Source of the DNA: Nitrospinales bacterium | GTDB taxonomy: Bacteria; Nitrospinota; Nitrospinia; Nitrospinales; JAJDAT01 | DNA length: 10,926 bases | Reading direction: 5' to 3' | NCBI GenBank assembly: GCA_046757665.1 | Contig: JBHHYO010000082.1 | Location: forward strand, 1-10,926 | Shown: positions 1-6,292 of the stretch, piece after piece | Layout of the letters: each line of letters starts with the position of its first letter | Position numbering within the stretch: the first letter of the stretch is position 1 | Made by a program: the position numbers and the translations under genes | The notes under the pieces: generated by a model | What the model saw: the letters and a program-made list of their open reading frames with translations, nothing else | What the model was told of the DNA's origin: nothing | Database searches by the model: none

Positions 1-471
1 GAACTGGGCCAGCGGTTGCTGAATGAACTCGACGCGCGCATCATCCTGCTGGCCAGCCCCAGGGAGAAGCCCCTGGCCGAGGAACTCAACCGCCTGCTGG
101 AGGGCCGGGCGGTCGCCGCGGTGACGGATTTGCCGACCGCCGCCGAAGTGATCCGCCGCCTGGACGTTCTGGTCACGCCGGACACCGGCCCCATGCACAT
201 GGCTATCGCCCTGAAATGCCCTATCGTCGCTCTGTCCGGCCCCACCAACCCGAAAAATTTCGGCGCCCTGGACGACGCCACGAAACACGTCAAGATTCAC
301 AAAGCCGCCGCCGCCGAACCTTATGTCAAACTGGCCGGCGATTTTACGGATGTCATGAACCGGATTTCATCCGATGAAGTGTTCGAGGCGGTTTTGTCTC
401 TATTGGAAGTCGAGCCGCCGGGGCGCCGGCCGGGTCTCCGGGTTTCGGGGCGCAAGCCCTTGCCGTTATGA
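1..471 (+). CDS. Glycosyltransferase family 9 (heptosyltransferase-like), 5'-truncated by the window edge
   Basis: Frame is open from base 1 (ELGQRLLNEL...). GT9 C-terminal motif DVLVTPDTGPMHMAIALKCPIVALSGPT and closing 'MNRISSDEVFEAV'. Stop TGA at 469-471. Confidence 0.9.
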   Translation, partial: ELGQRLLNELDARIILLASPREKPLAEELNRLLEGRAVAAVTDLPTAAEVIRRLDVLVTPDTGPMHMAIALKCPIVALSGPTNPKNFGALDDATKHVKIHKAAAAEPYVKLAGDFTDVMNRISSDEVFEAVLSLLEVEPPGRRPGLRVSGRKPLPL

Positions 472-618
472 GAGACTTGCATCAGTTGAGATTCTTCACC
501 GTTCCCGGTGTCATCGCGAGCCGCCACCGGCGGCGTGGCGATCCAGCCTTCTGGATTGCTTCGTCGGCTGAGCCTTCTCGCAATGACGATCAAACAAGGA
601 TGCTTATGCAAAGCTCTC
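470..618. mobile_element. MITE-like non-autonomous element (149 bp) with TIRs, 9-bp TSD and palindromic core
   Basis: Left end GAGAGACTTGCATCA (470-484) vs reverse complement of right end GAGAGCTTTGCATAA (604-618), 12/15 identical. Flanking direct repeat TGCCGTTAT at 461-469 and 619-627 (extendable to 11 bp because the element begins with GA). Internal GTCATCGCGAG...CTCGCAATGAC palindrome at 510-587. Homologous copy at 6183-6290. Confidence 0.8.
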
Positions 619-625
619 TGCCGTT

Positions 626-1708
626 ATGAAGTTCGATCTGACCGCCCTGCCTCCCGACCCGAAAATTTTGCTGGTGCGTCTGCGCTCCATCGGCGACGTG
701 ACGCTGAGCACCGCCGTGTTTCCCTCGATCAAGGAAACCTTCCCCGGGTGCAAGCTGGATTTTCTCGTCATGCCGCCGAACGACGAGCTGGTGCGCCACG
801 ATCCGCATTTGGATGAAATTATTTTACTGGACAGGGGATGGCCGGCTCTTCTCGGCCTGCTCAGAAAGTTGCGAAAAACTTCCTACGATCTGGTTGTCGA
901 TTTGCACGGCGGGCCGCGGAGCGCCTGGATCACGGTTTTTTCAAAAGCCAAATGCAGGGTGGGGCTGGCGCGTAGCCGCCGGGCGCGGTTTTATAACGTG
1001 ACCGTGGACCCCGTGTTCAAGGGCTCCGTGCCGGCGGTGCGGTTTCAGGCGCGGATGCTGGAACTGCTGGGGTTTGAGGTCCGGCGGGAAACGCCGAAAA
1101 TTTATGTGAATGAAGATGAACGGAAATCGATCGAGCAAAAACTGATGAAGGTGGGAGTTGGCTCCGAGTACGCGGTCATTCATCCCGGCGTGGATTCCCC
1201 GCACAACGACTGGCAGGCGGAAAAATTCGCCCGGGTGGCCGACGCCCTGCAAGGCGGCAACGGGTTGCGGGTCGTTTTCGCGTGCGCGCCCAGCCAGGTC
1301 CGGCAAGTGGATGCCATCGCCGAAAAAATGCAAACCCCGCGGCATTCGCTGGCCGGCTGTACGTCCCTGGGCGAGCTGGCGGCCCTGCTCCAGCGGGCGA
1401 AATTCCTGTTGTGCCATAACAGCGGCCCCATGCACATGGCCGCCGCCGTGGGCACGCCGGTTTTCGCCCTGTTCGGCGCCGTGGCGCCCGACCGCTGGGT
1501 CCCGCAGGTGGAACCGCATCACGTGTTTTATAAAAACGTCGAGTGCTCGCCCTGCACCCGCGTGACGCGCAAACCGGAATGTTTTCGCGGCGACGCCGAA
1601 TGCAAACGCCTGATTTCCGCCGACGAGGTGGTGCTGGCTATTCGGGAAACGATGAATCTCGATCAGCCGCCGCCGTCCAAAACCCAGCCGGATGGATTGC
1701 GCGCATGA
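626..1708 (+). CDS. Glycosyltransferase family 9, LPS heptosyltransferase-like (WaaF/WaaQ type)
   Basis: 360 aa. Motifs KILLVRLRSIGDV, YDLVVDLHG, HPG, HNSGPMHMAAAVGTPVFALFG, and C-terminal CSPC...C...C. Confidence 0.92.
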   Translation: MKFDLTALPPDPKILLVRLRSIGDVTLSTAVFPSIKETFPGCKLDFLVMPPNDELVRHDPHLDEIILLDRGWPALLGLLRKLRKTSYDLVVDLHGGPRSAWITVFSKAKCRVGLARSRRARFYNVTVDPVFKGSVPAVRFQARMLELLGFEVRRETPKIYVNEDERKSIEQKLMKVGVGSEYAVIHPGVDSPHNDWQAEKFARVADALQGGNGLRVVFACAPSQVRQVDAIAEKMQTPRHSLAGCTSLGELAALLQRAKFLLCHNSGPMHMAAAVGTPVFALFGAVAPDRWVPQVEPHHVFYKNVECSPCTRVTRKPECFRGDAECKRLISADEVVLAIRETMNLDQPPPSKTQPDGLRA

Positions 1709-2655
1709 CCGTTCCCGGACAGTTTGAGCGTGTGCCCTGCGAATCCTGCGGCTCGGCGGATTTTTCGCCGATCCGCCGCTGGAACGGCGTTTCCGACATC
1801 GTGCGTTGCTTGCAGTGCGGTTTGCGGTTCGTCAATCCACTGCCGGACGAGGATTATTTGCGGCGGCTTTACGAGGAGGACCTGCGCGGCCAGGGCGACG
1901 CCAGCGCTTACTACCTGACGTACATCCGCGAGCGGATGGAGCGCCGCGCCTCTTACGAAAAGCAATACCGTTCCCGGTTGAAGCTGATCGAACGCTTCGC
2001 CCCCGAACGCGGCCGCCTGCTGGATGTCGGATGCGGCGGCGGGTTTTTCCTGCAAACAGCGCAAGCGCGGGGATGGACTCCTCACGGAATCGACGTCGTG
2101 CCGGAGTTCATCCGCTTCGCCAGGGAGGAATTGAACATCGAGGCGGCCACCTGCGCGCCCCTGGCGGAAAACCGTTTTGCCGCCGAGACGTTCGATGTCG
2201 TCACGCTCTGGGACCTCATCGAGCATTTACGGAAACCCCTGGATTGTTTGCGGGAGATCAACCGCATCCTGCGTCCCGGCGGCCAGGTCGTCATCTGGAC
2301 CCCCAACGCCGAAAACGCCGTTTATGCCAAGGCCCGCTGGTACGGATACAACATCAACCAGCATCTTTATTTTTTGTCGAGCAGGACCCTGGGGCGACTG
2401 CTGGCGCGCGCGGGGTTTCGGAAAGTGTTCGAGCAAACCAGCCGGGCCAAGAAAGGGTTTTTCCCCCGCCTGCCGCCGGTGACCTACGACAAGGCCGCGC
2501 AACCGGCGTCCGGCGCGGAGAAAATCTGGCGCGGCATCAAGCGGGACGTGAAAAACGCTTTCAATCCGGTGAATTATTTGAGCCCGATTTTGGACCGCGC
2601 CGGTTACGGATTCAACCTGCTGGTCATCGCCCGCAAAACCGGGGACGCGCGGTAG
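1705..2655 (+). CDS. Class I SAM-dependent methyltransferase with N-terminal paired CxxC motifs
   Basis: ATG 1705 overlaps the upstream stop (ATGA). CESC...CLQC, SAM motif LLDVGCGGG, FDVVTLWDLIEH, LRPGG...TPN. The track's start at 1543 is probably too far upstream. Confidence 0.88.
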   Translation: MTVPGQFERVPCESCGSADFSPIRRWNGVSDIVRCLQCGLRFVNPLPDEDYLRRLYEEDLRGQGDASAYYLTYIRERMERRASYEKQYRSRLKLIERFAPERGRLLDVGCGGGFFLQTAQARGWTPHGIDVVPEFIRFAREELNIEAATCAPLAENRFAAETFDVVTLWDLIEHLRKPLDCLREINRILRPGGQVVIWTPNAENAVYAKARWYGYNINQHLYFLSSRTLGRLLARAGFRKVFEQTSRAKKGFFPRLPPVTYDKAAQPASGAEKIWRGIKRDVKNAFNPVNYLSPILDRAGYGFNLLVIARKTGDAR

Positions 2656-2661
2656 CGGGGC

Positions 2662-2684
2662 GCTGAGTCCGCTGACGGCTCAGC
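2662..2684. terminator. Short hairpin between convergent genes, possible terminator or pause site
   Basis: GCTGAG (2662-2667) pairs with CTCAGC (2679-2684), with inner CCG/CGG. No U-tract on either side. Confidence 0.3.
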
Positions 2685-4383
2685 AGATGCCGCAAATCTT
2701 GCAAGTGGCCGTGTCGCACACGGGCGTGTGCAGGGCCTTCAGTCCTCTTTGATAATCCTGCCAGAGAAAATCGTTGTGGTAGCCGTGGTCGATGATGTCC
2801 CACGGCAGGAAATCGTTCTGCCCGTATTGCCGGTAAACAAAGTCGTCCGCCCGCGACCGGCAGTCCTCCAGGGCGCGCCGGGCGTCGTGGCCGTTGGTCG
2901 TGTAGGTTTTGAAGAAGCGGATCAGCGTGCGGTCGCCACGCGACAAGCAGGTCTGCAAGTAGGCCTCGCGCGGCGAGCCGAAGCTCAGCTTGAGGTTGGG
3001 CAGACGGCCCAGGGCGCGGCGCAGTTTCATGAAGCGTTTTTTCAGCACCGCCACCCGCTCCATGGGATGCCATTGGAAAGGTGTTCCGGGCTTGGGGATC
3101 AGCGGGTTCAGGCTGATGGTGAGCTTGCCGGCCCGGCCCCGCGCCCGGCCCGCGTCCACGCAAACTTTCGTCACTTCGCCGACCAGGGCGATGAAGGCGT
3201 CGATGTCGTCCTCCGTTTCTCCCGGCAGGCCGATGATCGAATAGATTTTCAGGTTCAGGATGCCTTTGTGTATCAGGAACCGGCATTTTTCGATGATGAA
3301 TCGGTCGGTCGCGGCTTTGTTGACGACCATTCTCATGCGTTCCGACGGCGCATCGACGGCGACGGTGAGGGTTTTCTGGCCGCCGCGGATCATCAGGTCC
3401 ACCAGCTCGTCCGTCAGGGTTTCCATGCGCAGTGAGGAGAAGGACAGGGTTTTGCCCTCGTCCACCAGGCGGCGGGCCAGCGCCGGCAACCGCGGATGGT
3501 CGGTGACGGAAGGGCCGACCAGGCCGATGGTTTGCGGTTCCCGGCCCTGCCGTCGCAGGGTTGCCGCCAGGGAATCGTAGGTTTTCTCCAGGTCCGGCAG
3601 GCGCGGCGGACGGTAAATGAATCCCGCCGTGCAGAACCGGCAAGCCCAGATACAGCCCCGGGTGACTTCCATCAGCGCCATATCCTTAAAGGCCGAAACG
3701 CCGTTGTGCAGTTCGGAGTGCGTGCATAACTGGTTTTCGTTTTCCACCCAGTGCCGCGTCACCCGCTTCGGGACAAAGGATTCCGCCTGCAAGGCCACTT
3801 GCCGGCCGTCCCGGTATTGAGGATGATAAAACTTCGGGATGTAGATTCCCTCGATGGCTGAGGCGCGCTTCAAAAGGTCGTCCGGCTCGGCGGTATTCCG
3901 GTACAGGTCAAAAAACTTTTCCGCCAGCTCTTCCGCCTCGCCGATGAAAAACCCGTCCATGATTTCCGCCAGCGGCTCGGGGTTGATGAAAATGGCCGAC
4001 CCGCCGGCGAAAATAAAAGGATAATCCGCGTCCCTCGCGTTGCGTTCCAGCGGGATATTCAAGTAGTTCAGGATGGCGGCGGTGTTCAGGTAATCGGGCT
4101 CGAACGAAATGGAAAAGGCGATCATGTCGAATTCGCCCGGCAGTTTGCCGGTGTTCCATGAACGCATCTTGTCGGCGGATAATTGTTCGACCTCCGGCGT
4201 CCAGTCTTCCGGGAGGCTGAGCAGGTCGCACATGACGCCCTCCATGCGATTGAGGAGCGCATGGACGCGCTGAAAACCCAGGTTGGCCAGAGCCACGTCC
4301 CGCGTGTTCGGATAGACCAGCAACACCTTGACCGGCGCCGTCCGGTGGAAATCCACCGCGGACTGCGCTAATGTTTCCTGCAT
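2680..4383 (-). CDS. Radical SAM protein with B12-binding-like N-terminal domain and Cys-rich C-terminus (resembles TIGR03960-type uncharacterised family)
   Basis: EVTRGCIWACRFC (CxxxCxxC), YPN...NLG, FSISFEPDY, GGSAIFINPEP, IGEAE, IGLPGET, PKPGTPFQW; ends CDTATCKICGIC. ATG at 4383 (GCAGG upstream) is preferred because the 4524 start would overlap the divergent gene. Confidence 0.88.
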   Translation of the reverse strand: MQETLAQSAVDFHRTAPVKVLLVYPNTRDVALANLGFQRVHALLNRMEGVMCDLLSLPEDWTPEVEQLSADKMRSWNTGKLPGEFDMIAFSISFEPDYLNTAAILNYLNIPLERNARDADYPFIFAGGSAIFINPEPLAEIMDGFFIGEAEELAEKFFDLYRNTAEPDDLLKRASAIEGIYIPKFYHPQYRDGRQVALQAESFVPKRVTRHWVENENQLCTHSELHNGVSAFKDMALMEVTRGCIWACRFCTAGFIYRPPRLPDLEKTYDSLAATLRRQGREPQTIGLVGPSVTDHPRLPALARRLVDEGKTLSFSSLRMETLTDELVDLMIRGGQKTLTVAVDAPSERMRMVVNKAATDRFIIEKCRFLIHKGILNLKIYSIIGLPGETEDDIDAFIALVGEVTKVCVDAGRARGRAGKLTISLNPLIPKPGTPFQWHPMERVAVLKKRFMKLRRALGRLPNLKLSFGSPREAYLQTCLSRGDRTLIRFFKTYTTNGHDARRALEDCRSRADDFVYRQYGQNDFLPWDIIDHGYHNDFLWQDYQRGLKALHTPVCDTATCKICGIC

Positions 4384-4389
4384 AAAACC

Positions 4390-4398
4390 TGCTATGAT
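4390..4398 (+). promoter_or_regulatory. Candidate extended -10 promoter for the TrpD2/YbiB-like gene
   Basis: TGcTATGAT matches TGnTATAAT at all but one position, about 85 bp upstream of ATG 4484. Confidence 0.4.
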
Positions 4399-4483
4399 GA
4401 GGGCTGATGGGACAAGCAAATAACGCTTCGTTTCTCTATTACTGTCAACCGGCAACGGACGCCTGTCAACTGAAAAAGCGGCT

Positions 4484-5593
4484 ATGGACAACGATCGAAA
4501 AGCCAGCGTGGACGAGCGCATCAAAACCTACATCGGCAAGATCGCCGTGGGACCCCGGCAGAGCAAGGACCTGACCGAGGCGGAGGCCCAAGACGCGCTC
4601 GGCCTGATTCTCGACGGCGCCGTTTCGCCGGCGCGCGCGGCGGTTCTCCTGATCGCCGCCCGCATGAAACGGGAGACCCTGGCGGAGAACATCGGCTACT
4701 GGCGCGCCCTGGACGCGGCCACCGTCAAACGGCAAGCCAAGGCGCCCCGGCTCCTGCAAGTGGCGGACCCGTTCGACGGATTCAACCGGACGCCGTACTT
4801 CGGATTTTACGCCATTCCGGTGATCGCGGCAATGGGACTGCCGGCCTACGGTCATTCAACGCTTTCCCTGCCGCCCAAGTTCGGCATCACGTTTCAGGAT
4901 ATCCTGTGCCGTCATTACAAAGTGCCTCTCGACTGTTCGCCGGAGGATTTGATCGGCCACCTGGAGGAGCACGGGTTTACCTTTATCGGCCTTCGGCAGA
5001 GCCATCCGCCGCTGGAGCGGCTCCGCGGCCTGCGCGAGGAAATCGTCAAACGCCCGATGCTGTCCACGCTGGAAAAACTGCTACAGCCGTTGCGGGCCGC
5101 CGGCGGAGAAAACTACCTGGCCACGGGCTATTTCCACAAGGGCTATGAGGAGCCGATGGCCGCCGCCGCCCGCTTGGCCGGTTTCGACAAAACCCTCATA
5201 GGCAACGGCATGGAGGGAACCACCCTGTATGGCGTTCACAAACCAGCGAAAATTTTCCGGGTGACCGGCGGCAAGATCGAGGAACTACAGCTGAGCCTGG
5301 AGGAGATGTTTTCCGCCGATGCCGTTCGGGAAATCCACACCGCTTACGCCGAGTTGAAACGGGAACCGTCCCGCCTCGACACGCTGGCCGCGGCGGGCGA
5401 GGCGGCATTGCAAAACGCCTCCGGCCCCGCCGCCCCCCTGATCGCCTGCCAGGCCGCATCGCTCTGCGCCCTCATCGGAGTGTGCCCCAACCCGCAGGCC
5501 GGATTCGACCAGGCGATGGATATTCTGCGGTGCGGCGCCTGCTACGACAAATTGATGCGCTTCGTTCAGCGAGGTGTGAACGGCAATCCATGA
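4484..5593 (+). CDS. Anthranilate phosphoribosyltransferase-like protein (TrpD2/YbiB-like, glycosyltransferase family 3 fold)
   Basis: 369 aa. N-terminal helical domain (KIAVGPRQSKDLTEAEA...LLIAARMKRET..E), ADPFDG..RT, PPKFG, LREEIVKRP..TLEK, GYFH, GMEG. Lacks the GTGGD motif of true TrpD. Confidence 0.8.
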   Translation: MDNDRKASVDERIKTYIGKIAVGPRQSKDLTEAEAQDALGLILDGAVSPARAAVLLIAARMKRETLAENIGYWRALDAATVKRQAKAPRLLQVADPFDGFNRTPYFGFYAIPVIAAMGLPAYGHSTLSLPPKFGITFQDILCRHYKVPLDCSPEDLIGHLEEHGFTFIGLRQSHPPLERLRGLREEIVKRPMLSTLEKLLQPLRAAGGENYLATGYFHKGYEEPMAAAARLAGFDKTLIGNGMEGTTLYGVHKPAKIFRVTGGKIEELQLSLEEMFSADAVREIHTAYAELKREPSRLDTLAAAGEAALQNASGPAAPLIACQAASLCALIGVCPNPQAGFDQAMDILRCGACYDKLMRFVQRGVNGNP

Positions 5594-5635
5594 AAAGGGC
5601 TACGCCTTTCATAACTTGAAACTGTGAGGTATAAT
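5590..5635 (+). promoter_or_regulatory. Probable sigma70 promoter of hicBA, with an inverted repeat over the -35 region
   Basis: Perfect TATAAT at 5630-5635; TTCATA at 5608-5613 (16-bp spacer); imperfect inverted repeat ATGAAAagGGC-TAC-GCCTTTCAT at 5590-5612. Confidence 0.55.
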
Positions 5636-5700
5636 CAGTCAGCACCTTGCGCTTATGGTCATGCCGGATAGTTTTGAGTATCGGCAAAGGAGAAAAGCCA

Positions 5701-5928
5701 ATGATTTTTCATGTAACTTTTGACAAAGCCGAAGACGGTTGGATCGTTGCCGAATGCCCGGCTCTGCCGGGATGCGTATCACAAGGCAAGGATGAAAAAG
5801 AGGCGCTGGAGAATATTAAAGAGGCTATTACCGCATGGTTATGGGCCGAGGATCAGAAGGCGGTTTCCGCGTTGCCCAAAAAGCCCGGTCAAGAACCCGT
5901 TGCGGTAACCGCTGAATGGGCAGATTAA
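5701..5928 (+). CDS. hicB: HicB-family antitoxin (short form, UPF0150-like, no evident DNA-binding domain)
   Basis: 75 aa from ATG 5701, with SD AAGGAG at 5687-5692. Motif EDGWIVAECPALPGCVSQGKDEKEALENIKEAI. Confidence 0.92.
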   Translation: MIFHVTFDKAEDGWIVAECPALPGCVSQGKDEKEALENIKEAITAWLWAEDQKAVSALPKKPGQEPVAVTAEWAD

Positions 5929-6137
5929 CTAATATCTCCGGAAAGAAGGCGGTCAAGGCTTTTCAAAAAGCGGGTTGGGAATCCGTGGGTCAGGTAGGAA
6001 GCCATTTGGTGATGGTAAAAGCCGGCATTCGCGTCAATCTCTCCATCCCACAACACAAGGAACTTTCCGTCGGGACACTCGGGGTTCTGATACGCAATGC
6101 AGGCATGACCGTGGAAGAGTTTTTGCAATTGCTCTGA
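5916..6137 (+). CDS. hicA: HicA-family mRNA interferase toxin
   Basis: 73 aa. SGKKAVKAFQKAGW...GSH (catalytic His), SIPQHKELSVGTL..LIRNAGMTVEEF. Overlaps hicB by 13 bp. Confidence 0.92.
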   Translation: MGRLTNISGKKAVKAFQKAGWESVGQVGSHLVMVKAGIRVNLSIPQHKELSVGTLGVLIRNAGMTVEEFLQLL

Positions 6138-6182
6138 TTCGTAATCAGTGAGCCCTGAAATCCCCCCAGCCCCCTTCCAGAA

Positions 6183-6290
6183 GAGAGTTTTGCATAAATA
6201 CCTTGCTTGACCGTCATTGCGAGGCGATAGCCGAAGCAATCCGGGCTTTCCGGATCGCCGCGCCGCTGGTAGCGGCTCGCGATGACACCG
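6183..6290. repeat. Second, inverted and one-ended copy of the 470-618 element
   Basis: Aligns with the reverse complement of 506-618: starts GAGAGTTTTGCATAA, core GTCATTGCGAG (6213-6223)...CTCGCGATGAC (6276-6286), then ACCG. No second TIR or TSD is visible. Ends 2 bp from the tesA stop. Confidence 0.88.
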
Positions 6291-6292
6291 AA

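Noticed and set aside
321-816. Small ORFs crossing the element (321-611, 374-571, 508-816)
   Set aside because: They overlap the GT9 genes and are largely translations of the palindromic repeat.
1543-1704. Extended starts in the ORF track for the methyltransferase (1543), radical SAM (4524) and hicB (5647)
   Set aside because: They overlap neighbouring genes or lack SD support; 1705, 4383 and 5701 fit better.
2655-2690. Cys-TGA followed by a hairpin at the radical SAM end, as possible selenocysteine readthrough
   Set aside because: The stem includes the TGA itself rather than lying downstream like a bacterial SECIS, readthrough would run antisense into the methyltransferase gene, and CxxCGxC looks like a natural terminus.
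6114-6127. GAAGAGTTTTTGCA in hicA resembles the element TIR
   Set aside because: It encodes the typical HicA C-terminal EEFLQ, and similarity does not extend further.
6186-6214. TTTTGCATAA as a possible XerC arm of a dif-like site next to a TA module
   Set aside because: No TTATGTTAAAT-like XerD arm follows the 6-bp spacer.
470-6290. Composite transposon bounded by the two element copies
   Set aside because: The TSD flanks copy 1 alone, copy 2 has no outer TIR, and the enclosed genes continue the upstream operon.
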